DNA from: a virus | Taxonomy: Duplodnaviria; Caudoviricetes | DNA length: 64,000 nucleotides | Direction: 5' to 3' (one strand) | Virus record (IMG/VR): IMGVR_UViG_3300020450_001133 | In this document: piece after piece, positions 1 through 8,637 of the stretch | How the letters are laid out: the number at the start of each line of letters is the position of its first letter | Position numbering within the stretch: the first letter of the stretch is position 1 | Position numbers and translations under genes: made by a program | Notes under the pieces: model-generated | Told to the model about the DNA's origin: nothing | The model's database searches: none | Seen by the model: only the letters and a program-made list of their open reading frames with translations

Positions 1-171
1 TCTTTTGTTTTTTCTTCCTTTGAGAGGTGGTTTTGTTGTTTTGAATTTTGCGAGTTTTTTCCCAATGTACTTTTTGTCATTTGTTGTATTCGTGATGAGG
101 TAAACAAACCCCTCAAACTCTTCGGGTATAGCATCTATCTTTTTTCCTTTATATGTCCAATCTGCACTCAT
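1..171 (-). CDS. GIY-YIG-family nuclease-like protein, N-terminal part (runs off window; not in ORF track)
   Basis: ATG at 171 overlaps the TGA of the upstream gene. Translates MSADWTYKGKKIDAIPEEFEGFVYLITNTTNDKKYIGKKLAKFKTTKPPLKGRKNKR, containing the FVYLIT...KKYIGK GIY-YIG motif pair. Confidence 0.75.
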   Translation of the reverse strand, partial: MSADWTYKGKKIDAIPEEFEGFVYLITNTTNDKKYIGKKLAKFKTTKPPLKGRKNKR

Positions 172-953
172 CTACATGTCCAACTGTGGACATATTTATA
201 ATTGTTTAAAGGAGTAATGTCCACATCTTTGTTTAATAACTCTCCTAAAGGCAAACTTCCAATTGCTAATCTTTTGTCTCCCCACTTGTAAGGCATTTTG
301 TGTTCTATCTTTTTGTAAAAGTCTAATAACTTAAATTTAAAAACATCTTCGTGTATTTGTTGTTTGAATCTGCCTTCCCCAAAATAAAGATACATATAGT
401 TTGCTAACAAGTTTGTAGGTATAATTTGTTCTGCAGGAATATCAACATCATTGTCTATAAACAGTTCTGTTAGATGTTTACCAACATGTGGATATCCCAT
501 ATACATTACACCGTATCTTTTTTGTATTGTAAAGAGGTCATAGGCTTCGTCTAACAACGGTTCGCCTTCATCCATACACGTTATATTAATTCTTTTTTCA
601 CCTGCGGCTTTTTCCAAATCTTCTTTATGATGTATATGGATATTTAGGTCCCACAGAAGCCGTTGTGTTGAGCCTGTGTATGCACTTTCATAACGTGCAA
701 AGTCTTCGTGTAATTTATTAAGGTCATTACTGCTTTCTATAACTTTTAATTCTACAAGTTGTTCTACAATAGAATTTATTTTGTCATCTACATCTTGTAT
801 AGTTTCACCAAAGTTATAAAATTCAGTTCTACTTAATAAGTCATTTTCCTGTTCTTGTAATCTTTCGAAAAATCTTTTGCTGACTGCATTATTATACAGT
901 TTATATGATATTGTAAAATCTTTGTTTTTGCCAAAGTGTAAATCTACAATCAT
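168..953 (-). CDS. hypothetical protein (261 aa)
   Basis: Long ORF coupled to gp46 by a 4-nt overlap; no motif recognised. Confidence 0.8.
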   Translation of the reverse strand: MIVDLHFGKNKDFTISYKLYNNAVSKRFFERLQEQENDLLSRTEFYNFGETIQDVDDKINSIVEQLVELKVIESSNDLNKLHEDFARYESAYTGSTQRLLWDLNIHIHHKEDLEKAAGEKRINITCMDEGEPLLDEAYDLFTIQKRYGVMYMGYPHVGKHLTELFIDNDVDIPAEQIIPTNLLANYMYLYFGEGRFKQQIHEDVFKFKLLDFYKKIEHKMPYKWGDKRLAIGSLPLGELLNKDVDITPLNNYKYVHSWTCR

Positions 954-2752
954 GTTTTAACTTTAAATCTATATACATCTGAATCCTCGTCTAGTATTTC
1001 GATATCATTTGAATATGATGTAAAGCCTCCTTCTTTTACTACATACAATACATTATTAACTCTGCCTTGTAGTTCTTCTTTATGTGAAATAAGGAAAACA
1101 TTTTTATTTGATTCTCGACCCATTTTCTTTAGAACTGCAAGGGCATTTTCAACACCAGTTGTATCCATGCCACTATCTACAAGTTCATCTATGCACATTA
1201 AATTCATTGGCTGGTTAAGACTTTCATATATGTCTCTAAATGCCCAACTCATGCCAAGTATTAATCTATTACGTTCACCTCTACTTAAATTATCAAAGTC
1301 TAAGTCTCTGCCATACTCTGTAATGTCTACAGACAGGTCACTATTAAATTTAACATCATGTGGTAATCCTAACTTGTCTAAATAATGACTTAGTCTATAA
1401 TTTAAGTATTGTAAATTTTGGTCAATAATTTTCTTTCTAATAAAACTGTCTTTGCTAGTTAATAGTTTGTATAAAAACTCTTGATGTTCTTTTAAGTATG
1501 TCAAATCATTAATCAAATCATAATTGATTTCTTCCATACCTGTATCTTTTAATTGTTCAACTTGTTCTGTGTACGGATTTTCTTCTTTGACTTTTTCTTC
1601 TATTTGTTCTTTTAATGTTGTTACATTATGCATGTGTTGTAATGCATCTTCCATACTGCTATAGAATGTAATAGGAGTTTCAGGCAATTCACCAAACTCT
1701 TCTATTTGTTTTTCTAAGTCATCTACTTTTAATGTAATCTCATTCAAGTATGTTTGTTCTTTTTCTAAATCTTCTTTAAGTTCTTTTGTGTATTCTTCAT
1801 GTGTATCTAAATGGGCAGTATCTTGTCCACATGCAGGACATACACCTTCATCTGCTTTTACAATGTTTGTTTCTAATGTTTTAATCTGCTTTTCACTTCT
1901 GCCACTGCTTGTTTTTAACTGACTTAATTCACTTTCCAAACCTTGTATTTTTTGATACTGTTGGTTTATGTCTGTCATTTTTCTATGGTTCTCAAGTTCC
2001 ATAGTGATGTCTGTTTCTTCTAATGCATCTAAACTGGTTTGTAATTCATTAACTTTTTCTTCTTTGTTTTTGCTCCATGCCTTACCGCGAAGTTCAATTT
2101 CAGCAATATTTTTTTCTACTCTATCATTTGCACTTTTAACTGCTTTTATTCTAATCTCTTCTTCTTTAATACTATCCCTGGTGCTTTTTAAAAGTTCTTT
2201 TAGTACATCCGCCTTTTGACTAATTTCTGTTATCCCCAACAACTGTTCAATCATGTCTCGTTGGTCATTTGTTTTCATACTTAAGAAAGGTTCTGTGTAT
2301 GTGTTTAATGCAATCAAATGTTTAAACATGTTATGCGGAAAGCCAATAATTTTTTCAATCTCTTTTTGTGTTTCACGCATGTCGCCTTGTTGTTCATTAT
2401 CGCCTGGTTCTACACCATCAATGAAAAACTTAAGAACGTTAGGTCGTCTACCTCTTTCAATTCTGTATTCTGTACCATTGATTTCAAAATCAACAGTAGT
2501 CATCATTCCTTTGCCGTTTGTTTTGTTTATGAGATTGTCTTTACGAATGTTTGTAAGTGCTTCACCATACAATGCAAAACTTAATGCATTAATTATAGTA
2601 GTCTTACCTGTACCATTTCTACTGCCATCTCCACCTAAGTCTAAATTGTGTCCTAATACAAGTGTAAGCGAATCAGTATCAAAACCAACTGCTTGGGTAT
2701 TGTTACCCACACTCATAAAATTCTTTGCAGTTACATTTTTTATTTTTAACAT
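950..2752 (-). CDS. gp46: Rad50/SbcC-like recombination endonuclease ATPase subunit (T4 gp46-like)
   Basis: Walker A (RNGTGKTT), coiled coil with zinc hook CPACG, signature LSRGE, Walker B/D-loop CIDELVDSGMD, H-loop LISHK; adjacent to an Mre11-like gene. Confidence 0.95.
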   Translation of the reverse strand: MLKIKNVTAKNFMSVGNNTQAVGFDTDSLTLVLGHNLDLGGDGSRNGTGKTTIINALSFALYGEALTNIRKDNLINKTNGKGMMTTVDFEINGTEYRIERGRRPNVLKFFIDGVEPGDNEQQGDMRETQKEIEKIIGFPHNMFKHLIALNTYTEPFLSMKTNDQRDMIEQLLGITEISQKADVLKELLKSTRDSIKEEEIRIKAVKSANDRVEKNIAEIELRGKAWSKNKEEKVNELQTSLDALEETDITMELENHRKMTDINQQYQKIQGLESELSQLKTSSGRSEKQIKTLETNIVKADEGVCPACGQDTAHLDTHEEYTKELKEDLEKEQTYLNEITLKVDDLEKQIEEFGELPETPITFYSSMEDALQHMHNVTTLKEQIEEKVKEENPYTEQVEQLKDTGMEEINYDLINDLTYLKEHQEFLYKLLTSKDSFIRKKIIDQNLQYLNYRLSHYLDKLGLPHDVKFNSDLSVDITEYGRDLDFDNLSRGERNRLILGMSWAFRDIYESLNQPMNLMCIDELVDSGMDTTGVENALAVLKKMGRESNKNVFLISHKEELQGRVNNVLYVVKEGGFTSYSNDIEILDEDSDVYRFKVKT

Positions 2753-3768
2753 TATATTACAATGTTCCTATAAATTTCTATCAGTTTATCTTTTTCAACA
2801 GTAGGACTTTCTATTGTGTCCAATTGAGATATAACAATTTGGTCGACACTTTCAAATTCAATTTCAGTGCCTTCATAAATTTCTTCTTCTTCCTTAATTG
2901 GAATAAGTTGCAGTTCTCTAACATTATATTGTTCAGCAAATGTTTCTCTAATAAAGTTTGCTTCTTCATAACTAATGCCAACATCCAGTTTTATTCTAGC
3001 ATGTGTACATGAGTCTAAATATTTGCCTGGATCTTCTAACAGTTGTCTCAAACCCATCATTACATATTTGGGACATTTATCCCAATTAACATACAACGGT
3101 TCTTCGCCCCATGTTAAAAACATAGCACCTCTTTCATTATCTCCCACGTCTGCGTAATTGTGTGGGAAAGCATTACCTATATAATGTATGTTGCCTTTGT
3201 ATTGTCTTTTGTGGAAGTGACCACTAAACACATATTCAGGATTTGATAAGTGTTCTGCAGTTATGCCACCATGGTCTGGCATTTCTACCATTGCATTCAT
3301 TTTAAAATAAGGCAACTCGAAATGACCAAACATATATTTGCAATCTAACTTGTTAAGTTTTTTGTGTTCATCACCTACAAGCCAAGGTATAATAGCAACA
3401 CCATCTTCACAGAAATGTTCATCTATCATAACAATGTTAGGTAAGTCTCTAGCAAATTCAATACTATTAAGGTCACGTTTTTCTCTGTAATACAAATCGT
3501 GATTACCTAAAATCATATAAACCTTTTCAAAAGATTCATTTAGTAATTTTAAGTCTCGTATTGTAGAATTCATAGTTGCAATATTAATACTTGCTCTATG
3601 ATGATGCCAATCACCTAAAAAGATACATGTCTCACAATCACGTGCCTTGGCTTCTGCTATAAACCATTCCACATAATCATGACAATCTTTTAAATGTTGT
3701 CTACTATTTTGTTTTAAGCCGTAATGTATATCGGTGAAACATGCGGCTCGCTCAAAGAGGTTCGCCAT
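2752..3768 (-). CDS. gp47: Mre11/SbcD-like metallophosphoesterase nuclease subunit (T4 gp47-like)
   Basis: Phosphoesterase motifs FTDIHYG, LGDWHH, LGNHD, FGHF, FSGHFH; gp55-gp47-gp46 order as in T4. Confidence 0.95.
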   Translation of the reverse strand: MANLFERAACFTDIHYGLKQNSRQHLKDCHDYVEWFIAEAKARDCETCIFLGDWHHHRASINIATMNSTIRDLKLLNESFEKVYMILGNHDLYYREKRDLNSIEFARDLPNIVMIDEHFCEDGVAIIPWLVGDEHKKLNKLDCKYMFGHFELPYFKMNAMVEMPDHGGITAEHLSNPEYVFSGHFHKRQYKGNIHYIGNAFPHNYADVGDNERGAMFLTWGEEPLYVNWDKCPKYVMMGLRQLLEDPGKYLDSCTHARIKLDVGISYEEANFIRETFAEQYNVRELQLIPIKEEEEIYEGTEIEFESVDQIVISQLDTIESPTVEKDKLIEIYRNIVI

Positions 3769-3771
3769 AAA

Positions 3772-4638
3772 TTATTCGCTACTTGGTGTTTCAACTTCGT
3801 TTTCTGCATTTGCACGAAGTTCACGTAATTCTTCCTCATGTTGAATCTGTCTACCGTAACTTGGCAAGTGACCTTGCTCAATTAAAATATCATCTCTAAT
3901 TGTTTGATTACGTTTTTCCAAATTCAATACCCTTGTAAAACTGTTATTGACAGTTGCAGTATAATAAGCAAATGGATTATCACTTTTTGCTTCATTAAAT
4001 TGTAATCCAATTTGTGCTAATTGTACTAATGCTTGTCCACGCATTTCGTCAACATAAGTGTAACCTCTCCAGTTACCTCTTTGACTATAACGTTCAACAA
4101 GTTTCATAAACATTTTACCCAACTCATTTGTAATCCTTCCGTGGTCAACTGAAAAATGTCCATTGTGTAGTCCACCTACCCAATGACTTCTAACAACTTC
4201 TCTAGGATTGATTCCATTGCTGTCTAAAATATAGTGCTTAAATGGTGGAAAGTTTACTTTTGCTTTTGTGTCTGCAACAGTTTTTGTTGTTTTCTTCCTA
4301 CCTGGCTCATCTGGAATATGGTCATAAGTCATAACTCTAAATACTAACTCATCTATAGCCATTGTTTTAGGATCAACAGTAAACTCTTTCTGTTTAGGCT
4401 TTTTAGTCCAATCGCCTTTTGCAACTGCTTGTTGATATGCTAAGGTGCTTAATTTAGCCGCCTTATTTATTTGTGCTTGTTTGATTGCGGTTTTGTTTAT
4501 CTTTTTAACTGATTCCACAATAATATCCGGCTCAGAGTATCTATCATCCTGTAAGTAACAGTATGTCATTTTGCTCTGATGGATTTGTTTTAGAATATCT
4601 TTATTATTAAGATAATTAACCTTTTTAGGTTGTGTCAT
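3772..4638 (-). CDS. gp55: late-transcription sigma factor (T4 gp55-like), with internal Lys-rich insertion
   Basis: N-terminal NYLNNKDIL and C-terminal FMKLVERYS-RGNWRGYTY-DEM---A--Q------F---KS-NPFAYYT----NSF-R-L--EK match gp55-family motifs; lies upstream of gp47/gp46; SD GAGGAG. Confidence 0.85.
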   Translation of the reverse strand: MTQPKKVNYLNNKDILKQIHQSKMTYCYLQDDRYSEPDIIVESVKKINKTAIKQAQINKAAKLSTLAYQQAVAKGDWTKKPKQKEFTVDPKTMAIDELVFRVMTYDHIPDEPGRKKTTKTVADTKAKVNFPPFKHYILDSNGINPREVVRSHWVGGLHNGHFSVDHGRITNELGKMFMKLVERYSQRGNWRGYTYVDEMRGQALVQLAQIGLQFNEAKSDNPFAYYTATVNNSFTRVLNLEKRNQTIRDDILIEQGHLPSYGRQIQHEEELRELRANAENEVETPSSE

Positions 4639-4676
4639 TTAATCTCCTCAAAACTATCGTTCGTTTATATTGTTGT

Positions 4677-4704
4677 ATTATACACATATCCTGTATAAAG
4701 TCAA
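4677..4704 (-). promoter_or_regulatory. sigma70-type (early/middle) promoter for the gp55-gp47-gp46 operon
   Basis: Minus strand reads TTGACT-N16-TATAAT (4704-4699, 4682-4677), about 40 nt upstream of the gp55 ATG. Confidence 0.7.
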
Positions 4705-4754
4705 CTGTAAAATAAAATTCTGGTAACCTTTAATAAAAAATTAAAGTACGTTTT

Positions 4755-4772
4755 TATTTATCCAGATAAATA
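4755..4772. promoter_or_regulatory. back-to-back pair of putative late promoters (TATTTATC-CA-GATAAATA)
   Basis: GATAAATA on + at 4765-4772 and on - at 4762-4755; variant of the T4 gp55 promoter TATAAATA; the same motif recurs before other late genes. Confidence 0.65.
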
Positions 4773-4799
4773 GTCTTGTAAACGGAGATTTGATTTAAA

Positions 4800-5633
4800 A
4801 TGTCAGAAGAATTTGAACAAGGAACATTAGAAGGAAGTAGTAAAGGACAACCTACAAGAGGTACATATGAAAGTGCTAGGGCTCAAGGTCTGACCACAGA
4901 TAAAGCCGATACTCTTATAGATACCTATGGTCAGAGCGGTACTAAAACTAACAGTAATGTAAAAAGTGCTGGGCGATCCAATGGTGTTATTCCCAAGATG
5001 GACTGGAGAGCAAGGATCAGACCCAAAAAAGGTGGCGAAGATGTTGCTTATGGAATGAGCAAAGAAGATGGTGGCGATGAGTCAAACAGTATTTTAAGAC
5101 CTCTAAAAGAAAGAGGCGGTATTGTTTTTCCATATACACCAAACATATTCTTACAAGCAAGTGTGGAATACAATGAAGCAACATTTCATGGAACAAACTA
5201 TCCGTTTTACACATATATTAACAGCAGACCTGCAACAATACCAGTGCAAGGTCAATGGACAGCAAACACAACTGAAGAGGCTCAATACTTATTAGCAGTA
5301 TTTCATTTCTTAAGAACAGTAACAAAAGGCTTTTACGGAGATAGTGCAGTACAAAACAACAGATTTGGTACTCCTCCTCCAGTAATGATATTTGAATATT
5401 TAGGTGAATATGGCTTTAACAAAGTTCCAGTTGTTATTAGAAGTTACAACATGCAACTACCAGACGGTATAGATTACATTCCTGTAACATACAATAACAA
5501 AACAACCTTTATGCCATCTGAAACAGATATTATGATTGAGATGGCGCCTCAGTACACATACAAAAAACTTAGAAAAAGATTTGACCTAGGTGCTTTTTCT
5601 AGTGGTAAAGATTATACAAAAGGATTTATTTAA
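4800..5633 (+). CDS. baseplate tail-tube initiator/cap-like protein (gp48/gp54-like tube fold)
   Basis: IVFPYTP...GTPPPVMIFEYLGEYGFNKVPVVIRSY-MQLP--IDYIP pattern typical of tube-initiator proteins; first gene of baseplate cluster, followed by a LysM gene. Confidence 0.6.
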   Translation: MSEEFEQGTLEGSSKGQPTRGTYESARAQGLTTDKADTLIDTYGQSGTKTNSNVKSAGRSNGVIPKMDWRARIRPKKGGEDVAYGMSKEDGGDESNSILRPLKERGGIVFPYTPNIFLQASVEYNEATFHGTNYPFYTYINSRPATIPVQGQWTANTTEEAQYLLAVFHFLRTVTKGFYGDSAVQNNRFGTPPPVMIFEYLGEYGFNKVPVVIRSYNMQLPDGIDYIPVTYNNKTTFMPSETDIMIEMAPQYTYKKLRKRFDLGAFSSGKDYTKGFI

Positions 5634-5932
5634 TGGCAAGTTTCCACAGCAAAGATAGTTTCTTAAGACGTGCTCCAGTGAGAGGACTGTATCTTGATAT
5701 CAATGAGTTGCCACGTATTCCTAAAAGCCGAGGTGACCAATTATACGAGATAGAAAATCAATATGAAGGTAGACCTGACTTACTTGCAAATGAATTATTT
5801 GGCACAGTTAGACTTTGGTGGATATTTGCTTTAAGAAATCCGGATCTTATAATAGATCCTATAGAAGACTTCAAAGCAGGTTTATCAATATTCATACCTA
5901 GTGGCGAATCTATACAACGAATAATTGGTTAA
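5633..5932 (+). CDS. baseplate wedge LysM-like protein (T4 gp53 / P2 gpX-like)
   Basis: RPDLLANELFGTVRLWWIFALRNPDLIIDPIEDFKAGLSIFIP motif; size and position. Confidence 0.8.
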   Translation: MASFHSKDSFLRRAPVRGLYLDINELPRIPKSRGDQLYEIENQYEGRPDLLANELFGTVRLWWIFALRNPDLIIDPIEDFKAGLSIFIPSGESIQRIIG

Positions 5933-5934
5933 AA

Positions 5935-8637
5935 ATGGCAGACGATAACGCAAAAGCAGACGACAAAAGTCAAGAGGTTCCTAAGGTAGAGGACGTTTAC
6001 CTTAATCGTGTCTTCGGCAATATATTAGACGAAGCAGTCAACACTTCATACAATCTCAAACTTTACATGATTAAAGATAAAACTTCTGATGGCGGTGGTT
6101 ATATCAATGGTGCCAAAGCGGCAAAACCAATTGAAACAGTTGTTATTGCACAGACAGGTGTAACTGGTGTGCAAATGGATGGACTTACATTAGATTTTGT
6201 TAAAGACAAACAAGGACACTTTGCCTATGCCGCCAACTTTACATTAATACAACCAGGTGCGGCAGATTTACTAGACCAAATACAAGCCGCAAAAGTTCAC
6301 TTAGGCATAGAAGCAGGAATGTATGCCAACGTTCCTATATTTTTAGAAATAAATTTCAAAGGATACGAATCTTCATTAGATGAAGAAGATGGTGGTGGCA
6401 GACCCATAACAGTATGTGGGCCATACATTTATAAATTAGAAATTGCAAAAGTCAGTATATCAATTGACGACAGAGGCAGTGAATATGAATTTATGTGTAC
6501 TGTGGGTAACAGTAGTGCATACATAGATAATCATTTTAGAATACCTATGGATACATCCGTACAAGGTTCTACAATCACAGAAGTATGTAAAGAATTAGAA
6601 GATAACATTAATAGATTTAGAGAAGAAAATTTAACAGACAATGCTGTACAAGATGAGTTTAAATTAGACATAGACCAATTAGTAGAAGCATTGGGAGACG
6701 AAACAATAGTTTATGACAAAGCAAGTAGGAAAGCCGCAGAACAAGTAAACAGGTTAATGAATGCAGAGTCATTGGGTATAACAACTAAAGAAGAATATGA
6801 AAAAGCATTAGAAGAAGACCCAGACAGTTTAGATGGTGGTGCTAGTGTAAATGCTGGATTGTTTCAAAACGATAGGATAAATTTTAAAGAAGGAACAGAC
6901 ATTAACAGATTCTTCACAACAATACTTGTGATGAACAAAAAGTTTTTAGAAAGTGTAAGCAGAAAAATAAATTTTGAAGATCCAGATTTTTCTGAAGCGA
7001 ACTTAGACTTAAAACAAACATACACAAAATGGTATAAAATGGAAGCCGAAATGGAATATCTGGATTATGACACAAATAGAAACAAGTATGCTCAACGTGT
7101 TACATTTCAGGCAATGATTTACGATACTGCGAACGAAAATCAAATTGTTTCTGCTAATGAAACTGAATTAGACAAAGAGGCGGTAAACTCCAGAATCAAA
7201 GAACTAAACGAAAAGAATTTGCTTAAAGCATATCACTATTTGTACACAGGACTAAATGACCAAATATTAAGTGCAGACATAAAGTTTGATGCTGGACAAG
7301 TATTACTTGTTGCTCCTGGTGGCGGAGCAATGGGAGATATGTCCACAAACCCAAACAGTACCAGTCCTTCGGCAGAACAATCCGGAGATGAAAAAGCAAA
7401 ACAGCAAAAAGCAGAAACAGAAGCGGCACAAAAAGATGTATCTAAAATATCTGAAGCATTAAAAAATGATGAAGGACTTAGACAAAGACTAAAAGACAAA
7501 GGTATTGCCACAGATGAAGAACTAAAGAACATGGACACAGATGAAAAATTGCGTGGGGACTTTGCCAAAACAGCAGTATATCTTGCCAACCAAGGTAAAG
7601 ACCCATTAGGATTTAAAGATGGTTTAGTTGGTAAAGATACTAAAGAGAACTCACCAACAGAGAGTGATAGTGAAAGAAACACCGGAGGAGGTGGTAAAGT
7701 TTATCAACCAGAACCAAGTGGATTTTTGTATGCCGCTGATATACTAGATGAAGCAGGTGGCATGGAAAGTGTAATCGGAGACAACCAAGCATTATCTGAA
7801 CTGAGAAAAACGGCTAACGGTCCCAACAAAGAACCTGACGCAACAGATCCTAAACCAAAAATAGAAAGCAGTAAAAGTATTACAAACGAAGGTTCAGCAA
7901 CATTTGACGGATCCAGTGCAACATTGTTTGGATATATGTATAATAATGTAAACGATGCCGCTATATTGGTAAACATGAACATAGGGCTGAAAGGAGATCC
8001 TTGGTATTTAGGTCTGCCCACAACACTTGAAGATGCAAGAAAAGGAAAGAAAGTAACTTCATCTAAAGATAAAGCGACACAGTCCAAACCTGAAGGGTTG
8101 ATTTACGATTTTGATGATAACTACTTTTTGTTCACCATGCAAACTCCAAGAGTTAGAGACCCAGATGTTGATGACGAAGATAACAACACGGGTTATATGG
8201 ATAAGCAAGGAACATCTTATTTTATCAGTGGTGTATATATGATAACAAAAGTTAGTGCAGTATTTAACGGAGGAATGTTTTCCTGTGATGTATCTTCAGT
8301 GAAACAAACATCATTAAGTCTAGCAAAATTTGATATGACAAGAGACATGAACGATACCACTGAAAAAGAAGCCAGAGATGCTGATAAAAAGGCGGCAGAG
8401 GAAGCCAAAAATACAGAAAAGGATAATAAGACACCAACAGAAGGCACCGAAGTAGCAACTGAAGATAAAAACATACCAGAAGGAACAACTACAGAAACTG
8501 TAACAAATCCAGACGGTTCAACAACTACAACTACTACAACAAGACAACGTAATTACATTGGACGTCAAATAGGGAATAACCCAGTAAGACCTACACAAGG
8601 AGAACCAGTGGCAGGTGAACCAGAGGATGACTTCTAA
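5935..8637 (+). CDS. baseplate hub protein (gp27/Mu gp44-like), with acidic low-complexity C-tail
   Basis: Sits between the LysM gene and the spike gene; conserved-looking IGLKGDPWYLG and FISGVYMITKVSAVFNGGMFSC segments typical of hub proteins. Confidence 0.6.
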   Translation: MADDNAKADDKSQEVPKVEDVYLNRVFGNILDEAVNTSYNLKLYMIKDKTSDGGGYINGAKAAKPIETVVIAQTGVTGVQMDGLTLDFVKDKQGHFAYAANFTLIQPGAADLLDQIQAAKVHLGIEAGMYANVPIFLEINFKGYESSLDEEDGGGRPITVCGPYIYKLEIAKVSISIDDRGSEYEFMCTVGNSSAYIDNHFRIPMDTSVQGSTITEVCKELEDNINRFREENLTDNAVQDEFKLDIDQLVEALGDETIVYDKASRKAAEQVNRLMNAESLGITTKEEYEKALEEDPDSLDGGASVNAGLFQNDRINFKEGTDINRFFTTILVMNKKFLESVSRKINFEDPDFSEANLDLKQTYTKWYKMEAEMEYLDYDTNRNKYAQRVTFQAMIYDTANENQIVSANETELDKEAVNSRIKELNEKNLLKAYHYLYTGLNDQILSADIKFDAGQVLLVAPGGGAMGDMSTNPNSTSPSAEQSGDEKAKQQKAETEAAQKDVSKISEALKNDEGLRQRLKDKGIATDEELKNMDTDEKLRGDFAKTAVYLANQGKDPLGFKDGLVGKDTKENSPTESDSERNTGGGGKVYQPEPSGFLYAADILDEAGGMESVIGDNQALSELRKTANGPNKEPDATDPKPKIESSKSITNEGSATFDGSSATLFGYMYNNVNDAAILVNMNIGLKGDPWYLGLPTTLEDARKGKKVTSSKDKATQSKPEGLIYDFDDNYFLFTMQTPRVRDPDVDDEDNNTGYMDKQGTSYFISGVYMITKVSAVFNGGMFSCDVSSVKQTSLSLAKFDMTRDMNDTTEKEARDADKKAAEEAKNTEKDNKTPTEGTEVATEDKNIPEGTTTETVTNPDGSTTTTTTTRQRNYIGRQIGNNPVRPTQGEPVAGEPEDDF

